Source: Candidatus Latescibacterota bacterium
GTDB lineage: Bacteria > Latescibacterota > UBA2968 > UBA8231
Reading direction: 5' to 3'
Length of the DNA stretch: 64,000 nt
Assembly: GCA_963422735.1 (NCBI GenBank)
Contig: OY730476.1
Span: forward strand, 3,680,001 to 3,744,000
In this document: positions 31,144 to 40,895 of the stretch, piece after piece
How the letters are laid out: each line of letters opens with the position of its first letter
Numbering within the stretch: the stretch's first letter is position 1
Notes under the pieces: generated by a model
Told to the model about the DNA's origin: nothing
The model's database searches: none
Seen by the model: only the letters and a program-made list of their open reading frames with translations
Position numbers and translations under genes: made by a program

Positions 31144-31572
31144 ATGGCTGAACGGTTCGACTTATCCACCAGCCCGGGTGCCAGCCAGCGCCTAATTTTT
31201 GCTCTGTTGGGCATTGGCCAGTTGCTGTTGAGCACCATCGCCTTCCAGCGAGGCGGCTTCGCGTATGGACTGGCGGTGCTCGGCGGCGGGATCGCGGCGT
31301 TCTGCGCGGCGGCCTTCTTCGTCCACTGCCTCCACCGGCGCTTGGTCTGGCTAGGAACGGAGGGGGTTACCGTTGAGGAAGGGTTGCGCGGCCGGCAGAC
31401 GCTGACGTGGGCCGAGGTTAAAAAGGTGAGCCTGTCGCCGGCCGCCACTGTGTTCCACGCGGCAACGGGTGAGGATATCGTCCTCCACAACGCGGCCGGC
31501 CAACCGCGAGATATCGCCCCGTTTTTAGTGCGGTTGCGCGCTTTGGTGGCCGAGCACGAGCTACGCGATTAG
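31144..31572 (+). CDS. Small membrane protein (two TM plus PH-like domain)
   Basis: ATG 3 nt after upstream stop; two hydrophobic helices, then LTWAEVKKV. Confidence 0.55.
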   Translation: MAERFDLSTSPGASQRLIFALLGIGQLLLSTIAFQRGGFAYGLAVLGGGIAAFCAAAFFVHCLHRRLVWLGTEGVTVEEGLRGRQTLTWAEVKKVSLSPAATVFHAATGEDIVLHNAAGQPRDIAPFLVRLRALVAEHELRD

Positions 31573-31661
31573 GAAAAATGGAATCCCAACAAAACGCGAC
31601 GAAGATACTGTTCGGCGACATTATGCCTTTCGTTGCGTCCTCTCCACAAACGCCAAAGTAA

Positions 31662-31693
31662 AGCCGCTACCGGATCGCGATCCGGTAGCGGCT
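31662..31693 (-). terminator. Rho-independent terminator
   Basis: 32-bp perfect palindrome AGCCGCTACCGGATCGCGATCCGGTAGCGGCT followed by T-rich tract on minus strand, between convergent genes. Confidence 0.8.
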
Positions 31694-31726
31694 CTTGGTT
31701 GCGCCGCGATCTCGTCCCGATTGCAG

Positions 31727-32164
31727 CTAATCGGTTGCTTGTTCGGCGACAGCGAGGTGGGTTCCGATTTTGCCGACGATTTCAGTGGCGGAGTTTTGCT
31801 TGGTCACCGTTTCCAGCAGAGTGTGGTCTTGGGCATTGATGAGCAGGACGAGGCCGGTTTTGTTGTTGGCCTTGAAGTGGTCTTCTATGTTGAGGGCCGC
31901 GGCAAGCAGGCGGGCTTGGGTGGTCAACGTTGAATCGGTGACGTCCAATTCGACGAAGAGAACCGGCTGATCGGCCACCCCAGCTTGAACTTCTTTGAGT
32001 ATTGGCACGAGGGCCTTGCAGGATCCACACCAATCGGCGTGGACTTTGACTACATACAAAGTTGGGTCGCCTTCGCCTTCTACCGGGACGGTACCGGCGA
32101 GAGTGGGGGCCGGGGCTAGTAAAAAGGCCAAGGCGGTGAGTGTGAGGACGCATTTGGTCAGCAT
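31727..32164 (-). CDS. Exported thioredoxin-family protein
   Basis: Signal peptide and HADWCGSCK CxxC motif. Confidence 0.85.
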   Translation of the reverse strand: MLTKCVLTLTALAFLLAPAPTLAGTVPVEGEGDPTLYVVKVHADWCGSCKALVPILKEVQAGVADQPVLFVELDVTDSTLTTQARLLAAALNIEDHFKANNKTGLVLLINAQDHTLLETVTKQNSATEIVGKIGTHLAVAEQATD

Positions 32165-32225
32165 GATTTGCTCCGTGGATTGAGAAAAGTTGTGGTGTGG
32201 TCGGGTCAAAGCCGGTTTATCGAAA

Positions 32226-32251
32226 GACGGCCTGACTCGCTAGATGGTTCC
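32226..32251 (-). promoter_or_regulatory. Putative ECF-sigma promoter for the thioredoxin gene
   Basis: GGAACC-N16-CGTC on minus strand. Confidence 0.45.
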
Positions 32252-32374
32252 TCGATTTTGGGCTAGTTCAGCCTAGAAAACCTCTGACTTTTATTGCATT
32301 CAACCTCTGTCACCGTTAGTGCCTTGCCCGCCAAGCACCAGATTACCGTTGAAAAAGCGACGGATCGGCAGGCA

Positions 32375-32399
32375 GGGCAACTACGAGAGTCGCCCCTAC
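32375..32399 (-). repeat. GTAG-family REP-like element
   Basis: GTAGGGGCGACTCTCGTAGTTGCCC (GTAG plus imperfect GGGCRAC palindrome) overlapping the stop of the upstream gene. Confidence 0.5.
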
Positions 32400-33211
32400 G
32401 ATTTGGCTAGTGTGCGCAAGTAGTCGCGGAATTCGACGGTGTCGGTGAGGTTGTTGCCCCCGAATTCCAATTCAAGCCAGCCGTTGTACCTTGTTTGATC
32501 CATGATGTTGAGAATGCGCGGCCAGTCGAGTTCGTCGTCCGCCAAAGAGGTCGCGCCGCTCTGGCTGTTGACGCCGCGCACGTGGAAATGAGTGGCGTGC
32601 TGGAGCAGCGGCTCGACCTCGGCGGCCGCGAATCCACGGGGGACGAAGTGGCCGTAGTCGAGCGTCAGGGTTAGCCCTGGGACGGCTTGTACCAGTGCGG
32701 CGGTGCGCTCGGGGGTGTTGGCGAGCGAGCCGATGTGCGGCTCTATGGCGAAGACGATGTCGCACGCCTGCGCCTGCTCCACCCGCCACGCCAGCTCCTC
32801 GGCGGCGCGGGCCGTGGAATCGGGCATTGGCTCGTGATCGAAGAAAGCTCCAGGCAGGCCGGTGACGTGCTTGCCGTTGCATTCGGCCGCGTAGTCGAGG
32901 ACCTTGAAGAAGGCATCGCGTGCGCGACGGCGTCGTTCGGGCTGTGGGTGGTTGACGGCGTGGGATTCGTAGTCGAGGGCTAGTTGCAGGAACAGGTCAG
33001 CGGCGACTAAGCCGTTGTCCGCTAGCTTCTGCCCTAGGGTGCGCCCGGAGTGCTGGACGTTTTCGAACTCAGTGGAAGGCTGCAAATGCGAGCGGTCCTC
33101 AAAAAGCCCAATATCCACGCCCTTCAGCCCCAGCATGGATATGAGTGCCAACACTTGCTCGTGCGGCAGGATGGGAAAGGTAAAGTCAGCGCACGCTAGT
33201 TTGAGCTGCAT
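32396..33211 (-). CDS. Sugar phosphate isomerase/epimerase (xylose isomerase-like TIM barrel)
   Basis: IEPH, LDYGH, HFHVRG and LELE metal-ligand pattern. Confidence 0.85.
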   Translation of the reverse strand: MQLKLACADFTFPILPHEQVLALISMLGLKGVDIGLFEDRSHLQPSTEFENVQHSGRTLGQKLADNGLVAADLFLQLALDYESHAVNHPQPERRRRARDAFFKVLDYAAECNGKHVTGLPGAFFDHEPMPDSTARAAEELAWRVEQAQACDIVFAIEPHIGSLANTPERTAALVQAVPGLTLTLDYGHFVPRGFAAAEVEPLLQHATHFHVRGVNSQSGATSLADDELDWPRILNIMDQTRYNGWLELEFGGNNLTDTVEFRDYLRTLAKS

Positions 33212-33228
33212 AGATCCTCCATTATTTG

Positions 33229-34755
33229 TCAAGGCGCGTACACACTACGCGACCGGTACTGAAAAAAGATCATCCGCCGATTCTGTTCCCCCGTCCACGG
33301 GTAGGCCCCGTGCGCCTGCGCCGACCCCAAGAACAGCAGCACGTCGCCCGCCTTCATAGCCACGTGCTTGACCAGCCCCATCTCGTTCTCGCAGGTGCGA
33401 ATGCCATCGGGCATGGGATAGGCGGTTTTGTGCGAGCCGGGTACGCAGACAAAGCCTCCGTCGGCCCGCGTCACATCGCGCAATTGCCAAGCCACGTTGA
33501 GATATTCGGCGTACACGCGGCCATTCTGCTGTCGGTAGTGGTTGGTCACCTTGGCCGGCGCAGCTAGGGAGTGCAAAAAGTGCCCGGACGACCCTTTCCC
33601 GGACAGAAAGCCATTGCACATCATGCACTCGAAGCCGCTACCCATGATCCAGTTCAGGCGCTGGACGAGCGCCGGATGGGCGATCATGCGCTGGAACGGC
33701 TCGCCGTATGGTGCCGGCAACGCCCAAGGGTTGCCCATGGACGAGCGCCCGACCCCGGTGCCGGCTAGCGGCTTTGAATCGCCGGCTGCCGACCCACCGT
33801 GGCTGATTCGGTCGGGGTTTTGGTCGATGGCTTCGTTGGCCGCTGCCAGCCATTCCTCGTCCATTACCCCCCGCAAAACGAGGTGGCCGCAGAGGTCCCA
33901 GTGGAAAAATTCCTTCTCGTCAATCCCGGAATCCGGGGCCCGGATGTATATCGAGGGATGGAAAATTCTTGGCTCCTCTGCCAGCCAAACCTTCTCACCG
34001 TCCGAATGCACTACCGGCGGTGGGTACGGGCGATTGGGATTGTGCAAGACGGCGCGTTGGATATCGGTAAGATCGTCGGCCCACTCGGGCAGTGCGCTGT
34101 CCTCGCCGCGGATTTCGGACGCCGCTCCCGGCCGCACGCCAGTGCTGATGTACCCGCATTCGAGCAGGCGTTGCGGCCCCGCGCCCCGCCAAGGCCGCAC
34201 ACCCCGCATCAGCGACTCGGCGCAGAGCAGGAGATCGCCCGCCTGCAAGACCGGCTGCTCGACTAGTCCCATAAGATCTGTTCCGTCAACTAGGTCTTGC
34301 GGGGCCGGTACTGTACTGTTGTGGCTGGCCGGTACTACAACCAAACCTCCAGCCTCTGCGCCCACGTCTGCCAGTGCCCAGAAAGCCCGCACTCCCTGGC
34401 AGAAGCGATTCCCATTGTACTGCCGATACGCCCGCGACCAATCCACCCACTCGTCGCCCCCCGACAGATCCGTCGCCTCGGTGCATGGCTCGACGAGCCG
34501 CGGCGATTCGTCGAGCCGGAACCCCTCGCCGCAAATCTGCTCCAGATACCGCATTAGCACTGGATGCTCGCGCAGGGCGTGCAGGGGATTGCAAACAGGA
34601 GCTGTCCAGCGCAGTGGACCGTTGCCAGAAGCTAACGGGTCCAGTGCCTGATTGCAGACTTTCAGTTCGGCTACCGTCAGGACACCGGGGACGATCATAT
34701 ACCCTGCCACGTCGAAGCGGTAGTTTTCCTCGTTGGTCATCTCCTTGTCGTCCAT
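33229..34755 (-). CDS. Tandem two-domain phytanoyl-CoA dioxygenase (PhyH)-family protein
   Basis: Duplicated D..G......V, GG....PxSH and AGD.LL motifs; start set at ATG 34755 after GAGGAG. Confidence 0.85.
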   Translation of the reverse strand: MDDKEMTNEENYRFDVAGYMIVPGVLTVAELKVCNQALDPLASGNGPLRWTAPVCNPLHALREHPVLMRYLEQICGEGFRLDESPRLVEPCTEATDLSGGDEWVDWSRAYRQYNGNRFCQGVRAFWALADVGAEAGGLVVVPASHNSTVPAPQDLVDGTDLMGLVEQPVLQAGDLLLCAESLMRGVRPWRGAGPQRLLECGYISTGVRPGAASEIRGEDSALPEWADDLTDIQRAVLHNPNRPYPPPVVHSDGEKVWLAEEPRIFHPSIYIRAPDSGIDEKEFFHWDLCGHLVLRGVMDEEWLAAANEAIDQNPDRISHGGSAAGDSKPLAGTGVGRSSMGNPWALPAPYGEPFQRMIAHPALVQRLNWIMGSGFECMMCNGFLSGKGSSGHFLHSLAAPAKVTNHYRQQNGRVYAEYLNVAWQLRDVTRADGGFVCVPGSHKTAYPMPDGIRTCENEMGLVKHVAMKAGDVLLFLGSAQAHGAYPWTGEQNRRMIFFQYRSRSVYAP

Positions 34756-34899
34756 GAGGTTCTCCTCGCGGTTCGCATTGTTTCGCCTAGGGGCGAGTGA
34801 AGCGGGCGAGACTTCTTTGTGATCCCCTGCCAATTTGGTATCATTGTAGCCCTTCGACAAATGGTGCGCAACGGAAACCTTATGGCAGAGGAGGCCACT

Positions 34900-35904
34900 G
34901 TGAAGATCACCCAAGTAGAGCTATACGAAGTCGAAATCCCGCCGATCCCAGCGATCGCCCGCTACTATCCCAAGATATACGATATCACCCTCTGCCGCGT
35001 CCAGACGGACGAGGGCTTGGAGGGCTGGGGCGAGTTTATCGACAAAAAGTCTGTCGGTCAGGAGCAAGCCGACGCTCTTGTGGGCCAGGATCCGCTGGCC
35101 TCGGACCCGTACGACCGTCCAGATGCTTTCACCTGCGCGCTGCTCGACATTGCGGGCCAAGCCTACGGCATCCCCCTGCATCGCTTCTTCGGGGCGCAGG
35201 TGCGCGACAAGGTGCCGGTGTCGTACTGGTCGTGCCCCATGACGCCAGAAGAGACCGCAGCCGAAGCGGAAATAGGGGCCAAGCTGGGCTTTAGCAACCA
35301 CAAGCTCAAGGCGCGCTCGTGGAATATCGTCAAGACGGTGCGGCTGATGAAAGAAGCGGCGGGAGGCGATTACACGGTCGGCATCGATCCCAATACTGAA
35401 TTCGCCCTGCTGCCCACTGGCGCGCGCTTGGCGAGCGAATTGGAGCCTTTTGGCACGGTATCGGTCTTTGAAGACCCCATCCTCAAAAACAACCTCGAAT
35501 GGTACCGCATCCTGCGCGAGAAGACTCACATCCCCATCGCCCTGCACTTGGGTTCGCCGTCCGGCGTGCTAGCGGCGCTCAAGGCCGAGTGCATCGACTA
35601 CGTGAACTTGAGCGGCTCGGCGATGATGGTGCGGCAGGCGGCGGCGCTGGCGGATGCTGCGGATGTGCCCTGCTGGATCCAGATGGGCGGGTTGTGTACC
35701 GGGGTGATGGCGGCCTACTCGGTGCATCTACAGGCGACGCTGCCCAACGCCCTGCTGCCCTGCGACGAGTTGCCCTTTACGCGGGAAGCCGATGTGTTGG
35801 CCGAGGGGCTGGTGCTGGAGAAGGGGCACTTTGCCGTGCCTACAGGGCCGGGGTTGGGAGTTAAGGTCAATATGGACGTGGTCGAGCACTATCGCGTCGC
35901 CTGA
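34900..35904 (+). CDS. Mandelate racemase/muconate lactonizing enzyme family protein
   Basis: ALLDIAGQ, KLK, IDPN, FEDP and PTGPGLGV. Confidence 0.85.
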   Translation: MKITQVELYEVEIPPIPAIARYYPKIYDITLCRVQTDEGLEGWGEFIDKKSVGQEQADALVGQDPLASDPYDRPDAFTCALLDIAGQAYGIPLHRFFGAQVRDKVPVSYWSCPMTPEETAAEAEIGAKLGFSNHKLKARSWNIVKTVRLMKEAAGGDYTVGIDPNTEFALLPTGARLASELEPFGTVSVFEDPILKNNLEWYRILREKTHIPIALHLGSPSGVLAALKAECIDYVNLSGSAMMVRQAAALADAADVPCWIQMGGLCTGVMAAYSVHLQATLPNALLPCDELPFTREADVLAEGLVLEKGHFAVPTGPGLGVKVNMDVVEHYRVA

Positions 35905-35960
35905 AACTTAGCGTCAGATAAGGGCCATTACCCGAACCAATTGTTCGAGTACAAGCAGTT

Positions 35961-36329
35961 ATGCGAAAGTGCAATAAGATCGAGTACCCCTTTGTGTGGG
36001 TGCCCAGTATGGCTATGGGCTGCAAGGGGCCTTGGCGTTGCGGGTGCGCCCAGTGGGGGATTCAGATTCTGCGGGGGTGGCCAGTAAAGAGCATGTGCAT
36101 CTTCTGGTATCGGCTCCGCCGACATTGAGTCCGTCCGAGATCGTGCGGCGGATCAAAGGGCGGACTTCGCACAAGGTCTTTGCGCGAAGTCCGCATGTGA
36201 AGAAACGGTATGGGTCTCGGCCTTTTGGGGAGCGGCTAGGCTATTTTTGTGTGACCGCCGGTGAACCGGCTGTATCTGAAGCATCATTTTGAGCCGCCAA
36301 CGGACGACGGGTTTGAAGTGGAATGCTAA
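35961..36329 (+). pseudogene. tnpA: IS200/IS605-family TnpA (Y1 transposase) remnant
   Basis: KEHVHLLVSAPP HUH motif, RRIKGRTS, GYFCVT and YLKHHFEP..DDGFEVE across shifted frames. Confidence 0.85.
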
Positions 36330-36391
36330 CCGGCTTCAGCCGGTGAAGGGACTTTCAGTCCTCTCTCCGATCCGCCGACTGAAGTCGGCGG
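36329..36391 (+). mobile_element. IS200-like right end with three short hairpins
   Basis: ACCGGCTTCAGCCGGT, GGACTTTCAGTCC and CCGCCGACTGAAGTCGGCGG. Confidence 0.7.
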
Positions 36392-36440
36392 TTGTTGGAT
36401 ATACAGGTGTCAATAAAACAGCTTCTGAGATAAAAGTACG

Positions 36441-36475
36441 CCCATGCGAGAGGGATGACACCTCTCTCGCATGGG
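36441..36475 (-). terminator. Hairpin terminator after secreted protein gene
   Basis: CCCATGCGAGAG...CTCTCGCATGGG stem with TACTTTT close downstream on minus strand. Confidence 0.65.
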
Positions 36476-36491
36476 GTAAAAAGCAGAGAGC

Positions 36492-37388
36492 CTACTCGCT
36501 AAAACTCGCCTTGATCCTCGCCCAAGACAGATCGGCCACCGCAGTGGCATCGCCGGCACCGACTAGCTGGCCATCGACAAAGCGCTCGGCAAAGCGAAAG
36601 GTCGCTGCTTGGCCGGAGAGGGTGTGGTAGCCCCGGTAATCTTGGGGAGCGGTGTCGAAGTCGGGCATGGCGATCTGGAAACCGATGATGTTGCCGGCCT
36701 CCAAATCCGTGGCCACGCTGGCCGCTTGGTCGCTGAAGACGATATCGTCATAGGGCGTGACGTATATCTCCAGCACCGAGACAGTCGGCCCGCCACCGAC
36801 CGACCCGCCGCCGCCATCGCTCAAGGGCGGGGAGTTGAGCCAACTGGCCCGGCCCGGATAGCCCAAAAACCGCCTGTCGGGCGCATCGAAAATTGCGTTC
36901 CACTTCTGGGCTTGGCGGTTTTGGTTGAGCGCCTTCTCCTCGGCGGTCATGGTCTCGTCGTTGTTGAAATTGTACTGGCCACCAGAGTGGTCGCCATCCA
37001 CCATGAACTCGACCGAGTCGTACTGCCACACCGTGGCGGGCGCACCACCGCTGTACTCGTTGATATAGACATCGTCGATGCGCTCGGCGGCTAAATAGAG
37101 CCGATTGTTGGTCTCGTTCCAGCCTATCCAGAGCCGGTACTCCATATCGGCCGGGTTGTACTGGGCGCCCTCGCCGACCGTCGGATCGGCAAAAAAGTCC
37201 GCAGGGCCAAGCGAGGCATCGCCGAGCACGTCCTCCCAGTCGGAGATATCCGCGTCGAAGAGGTCGAGATCCTCCAAATCGGCATCCGGGATCTCGAAGA
37301 TCAGATAGATCTTTTCGCCGATGTGGGCATGGGCACTTCCGGCCAGCACAAAGGCCAGCATGAGGCAAAACGTACTGATGAGTCGCAT
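36492..37388 (-). CDS. Secreted CBM9/DOMON-like protein with C-terminal TAV..SW..IK motif
   Basis: Signal peptide (AHA), DADISDW, GWNETNNRLY, DSVEFMVDGDHSGG; paralogue of 56580-57473. Confidence 0.7.
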   Translation of the reverse strand: MRLISTFCLMLAFVLAGSAHAHIGEKIYLIFEIPDADLEDLDLFDADISDWEDVLGDASLGPADFFADPTVGEGAQYNPADMEYRLWIGWNETNNRLYLAAERIDDVYINEYSGGAPATVWQYDSVEFMVDGDHSGGQYNFNNDETMTAEEKALNQNRQAQKWNAIFDAPDRRFLGYPGRASWLNSPPLSDGGGGSVGGGPTVSVLEIYVTPYDDIVFSDQAASVATDLEAGNIIGFQIAMPDFDTAPQDYRGYHTLSGQAATFRFAERFVDGQLVGAGDATAVADLSWARIKASFSE

Positions 37389-37464
37389 AAAAGCATCTCC
37401 TTTAGGTTTGCTTTTGAGTCCGCGTCGCCTGTGCATAGGCGATCTTGGTTAATGGTGCGCGATT

Positions 37465-38214
37465 TTACTTTCCGAGCACATCTCTACTCTCCACGCTCGG
37501 ACACCAGAACTTTTCGATAAACTCGACTACCAAGCCGGTGCCCTCATCGTGGCTGACGTAGGGCGGCATGGCTGGATTGTACATTGCATCAGTCAAGTCG
37601 CGGATCAGCGCCACATCCACTCCCCAGCGCACCATCTGCTTGATGGCAAAGGTCCGGTGCAAAACGCACATATTGGTATGGAGGCCCATAATCAGCAAAT
37701 GTGCAATCCCTTGGTGCTGCAAGTAGCTGTACACCTCCTTCCCCTTATCCGAAATAATATCCCGCTCTTGGTCGATCCCAAGCCCCGGATGTTGCCGATT
37801 CCACGCCTTGTAGGTTTCGGTCTCACCAGTGTCCGCCCCTTGATCTGATGCATCCACCGGCAGCGGCGGGTCCGGGTGCTCGGCGTCGGGTGGAGGCGCA
37901 ACCTCGGGGGCTGCGAGTACGCGTTGCCGCGCCGGTGCATCTGCGTAAAAATCCATGGTGTCCGAAGGCGCGTGGACGATCAGGCTACCGGCCGCGCGCA
38001 CCGCCCGGACCACTGCGTCCATGCGCTCGACCATAGCGTCGAGGCGCTCGGCCGCGCCGCGGCACCAGTGGCCGTCCCACACGTCGCAGAGCAAAAGCGC
38101 GGTTTGGTCCACCGCCCATTCTTGGGTGCTGGTTTGCACCTGCCAGATAGCGCGTCCGCCCTCGTCTTGTGCAAGGCTCTGGGTACGCAGATTGAGTCGC
38201 AAAAAGTTGCTCAT
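37465..38214 (-). CDS. Isochorismatase-like cysteine hydrolase
   Basis: TALLLCDVWDGHWC, HAPS and MGLHTNMCV. Confidence 0.85.
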   Translation of the reverse strand: MSNFLRLNLRTQSLAQDEGGRAIWQVQTSTQEWAVDQTALLLCDVWDGHWCRGAAERLDAMVERMDAVVRAVRAAGSLIVHAPSDTMDFYADAPARQRVLAAPEVAPPPDAEHPDPPLPVDASDQGADTGETETYKAWNRQHPGLGIDQERDIISDKGKEVYSYLQHQGIAHLLIMGLHTNMCVLHRTFAIKQMVRWGVDVALIRDLTDAMYNPAMPPYVSHDEGTGLVVEFIEKFWCPSVESRDVLGK

Positions 38215-38238
38215 ATTGCCCTCACGTAAAGATCGCAA

Positions 38239-38469
38239 TCAGCCGGTTTCACCCGACCAGTAATCCATCGCGTCGGCGCGGCGAAAAATGCCCCGTCGGC
38301 CCAAGGGACGGTTGTTGCTCTTGTTGGGAAATGCCTTCGCAACGTCCGAGTGGAGTAAGACCAGATTGGTTTCTGAGCGAAAGGCTGCCAAATACTTACC
38401 TCGGACTCCAGAATCGAGATATTCACGGCGGTACTCTGGACGTAATTTGTCTATATTAGCCCTCTTCAT
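38239..38469 (-). pseudogene. BrnA-like antitoxin, 3' end disrupted
   Basis: LRPEY...GVRGKY...NLVLL..DVAKAFPN, then sequence diverges; overlaps brnT remnant. Confidence 0.65.
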
Positions 38470-38676
38470 AGAGCTTCCTTTCTTGGCGCGTCATTAGACG
38501 CGCACTAATGATTCTCGTCTTTTCAGCCCGTTGGACTACCCAAGCCAAAAGTAAGATAACGTTCTTCACCCATGGAATGATCGGGATTGGAGAAGGTTAT
38601 TGCCAGCGGATTCCCAAAGACGGTAGCCCCTTCGCTCGTTTGCTTTGGCTTTTTCGGGATCCCATTCAAATTCCAT
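38456..38676 (-). pseudogene. brnT: BrnT-family toxin, frameshifted
   Basis: MEFEWDPEKAKANE, ATVFGNPLAITFSNPDHSMGEERYLTFG and RIISARLMTRQERKLYEEG separated by deletions. Confidence 0.8.
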
Positions 38677-38768
38677 CTCTCAACGGTGTCCTCATCTGTA
38701 ATAACAGCCCCAGTGGTTTATTAGTCCAACGCTCAAGACAGCAGCGCAACCCGTGAGAGACGCATGAT

Positions 38769-39554
38769 TTACAAACAGGCCCGCACAATGTCGCGTGCCT
38801 CCAACATGCCAGCGCGGCTTTTGTAGTATTCAAAGACGAAATAGGGCACCTGTGCCCACTCCTGCAACGCGCCGATATAGGTCGGATAATCCAAGCACCC
38901 CGACCCCGTCGGTCCGTAGTCGGCGACCTCGCCATTCTCGGCAAAGCGTGCGTCCTTGCCGTGGGCGATTGCGATGTCGGGGCCGAGCATTCGCACCGCG
39001 CGCACCAGCGGAGTGCGGTCGGGCGCGAAGTTCGCCGCGTCCATGCAGACTTTGAGCGCCGCGGATCCCACCCGGTCCTGCACCCGCAAAAAGCGCTCCG
39101 CTCCGTCAATGCTCCCCGCTCGCGTCATTTCCACCGCGATGACAACGCCAAACCGCTCCGCCGCCGAGCAGCCCTTCGCCAGCCCTTCGCACAGCCCCTC
39201 AAACACCGCCCGGTCGTCAACGCCCTCTTCTGGATACCCCGATGGATGCCACACCAGCACCGGCCGTGCGTTGTCGCCGAAACGCCCGTCGAGCGCTGCG
39301 GTCTTCTCCACGCAGCGCACTAGCCTTGCGACATCGTCCCGGACCACCCCCTTTGGCCCGACCAGATCGACGTGCAAGGTCATCGCTGCTAGTGCGATAT
39401 CAGCCGCTTGTAGCACTTTATCGACCTCTTGCGCCGACGGATCTTGCACATCCCCGTCCGTTCCCCAGCCGAAAAATAGCTGCACCGCCTCAAACCCCTC
39501 GGGCCGCATTGCTGCTGGCGGCAACAGATCTCCTAGCATCAACGCAAGTTTCAC
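38769..39554 (-). CDS. Sugar phosphate isomerase/epimerase
   Basis: IAVEM, MDAANF, HGKD and GSGCLDY. Confidence 0.85.
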   Translation of the reverse strand: MKLALMLGDLLPPAAMRPEGFEAVQLFFGWGTDGDVQDPSAQEVDKVLQAADIALAAMTLHVDLVGPKGVVRDDVARLVRCVEKTAALDGRFGDNARPVLVWHPSGYPEEGVDDRAVFEGLCEGLAKGCSAAERFGVVIAVEMTRAGSIDGAERFLRVQDRVGSAALKVCMDAANFAPDRTPLVRAVRMLGPDIAIAHGKDARFAENGEVADYGPTGSGCLDYPTYIGALQEWAQVPYFVFEYYKSRAGMLEARDIVRACL

Positions 39555-39615
39555 GGTTCCCTCCTTATCATTGGCCGCCGACCGAAATTCGCTCCAGCGG
39601 CGGGTAATTTTCGCC

Positions 39616-40767
39616 TTAAAACGTCCCCTGCACGTCCATCACCTGTCCGCCTCCCTCTTGCACCTTGGAGGTAGCCACCCGTTTTTGTAGCTCTTCGTAG
39701 TACAAGTCCTCGTCCACCGGAATAGGTACCCAATCGTCCGTCCACGTTGAGAGCAGCATGGCATTAGCCAACTCCACACCGTTGATTCCCTCGGTCCCCG
39801 CCGCCAAGAGCGGCGACCCCATGCGGATAGCCTGCACCCAGTTTTGGGTAATTCCCTTGTGCTCCTCACCGCCACCACCCGGTATATCGCACTTCCAGAC
39901 CTCCGGGCTGCCAAACCCATGCGGCCACTCCACGAGGAATTGGCTCGCCGACTCCGTCGTGCGCCAAAAGGTGATTTTGCCGTCCTCCAACACCACCTTG
40001 CCGCGATCCGTTGAAATCTCCAGCCGATTGGTCCCCGGGGCTTCGCCCGTAGAGGTGATAAAAATGCCCGTAGCTCCGTTTTCGTATTCGACGTAGGCCG
40101 TTACGTCGTCTTCGACCTCAATGTCGTGGTATTGTCCAAAGCGACAAAAGGCTCGTACCCGCTGCGGCATCCCGCAGATCCACTGCCACAGGTCGAGGTT
40201 GTGCGGGCACTGGTTGGCCAACACGCCGCCGCCCTCGCCCGCCCAAGTTGCCCGCCAGCCGCCCGAATCGTAATAGCTCTGGGCGCGAAACCAGTTGTTG
40301 ATGATGTAAATCGTGCGCCGAATCGGCCCCAGTTCGCCGGATTCGACCAGCGACTTCAGCTTCTGGTGCTCGCCGCGCGCGCGCTGGTTGAACATCATGC
40401 CAAAAACCCGGTCGCTTTTGACTGCGGCCTCGTTCATCTCGCGGACTTGGCGCGTATAGACTCCGGCCGGCTTCTCGCTCATCGCGTGTAGGCCGTTTTC
40501 CAGCGCGGCAATTACCAGCGGGGGGTGGAAGTAGTGAGGGGTGGCTACGATCACAGCATCCACGCATTGGGCTGCAAACAGGGCGTCGGCTCCGGCGAAC
40601 GCTTGTACGCCCGCTCCGTATTTGTCTTGTACGCCCGCGAGCCGGGCCGGATCGATGTCGGCTACGGCCGCGAGTTCCGCACCGGCAATTTGGCCTTGGG
40701 AAATATAGGTGGCGTGGCTGCTACCCATGCCGCCGAGGCCAATGATACCAATTCGCACCTTGTCCAT
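39616..40767 (-). CDS. Gfo/Idh/MocA-family oxidoreductase
   Basis: GIIGLGGMG, ATPHYFH, EKP and GGGVLANQCPHNLD. Confidence 0.92.
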   Translation of the reverse strand: MDKVRIGIIGLGGMGSSHATYISQGQIAGAELAAVADIDPARLAGVQDKYGAGVQAFAGADALFAAQCVDAVIVATPHYFHPPLVIAALENGLHAMSEKPAGVYTRQVREMNEAAVKSDRVFGMMFNQRARGEHQKLKSLVESGELGPIRRTIYIINNWFRAQSYYDSGGWRATWAGEGGGVLANQCPHNLDLWQWICGMPQRVRAFCRFGQYHDIEVEDDVTAYVEYENGATGIFITSTGEAPGTNRLEISTDRGKVVLEDGKITFWRTTESASQFLVEWPHGFGSPEVWKCDIPGGGGEEHKGITQNWVQAIRMGSPLLAAGTEGINGVELANAMLLSTWTDDWVPIPVDEDLYYEELQKRVATSKVQEGGGQVMDVQGTF

Positions 40768-40895
40768 ATCGCGCTCCTTGTCGTTATCTAACGATGATAC
40801 AGGTTCAGATCTGAGAGACTCAAAAAAAGGAAGTGGGTCGCCGGATGCACCAGCGAGGATATGGCCCGCAATATATCCCAGAACCCGCCGAGCGG

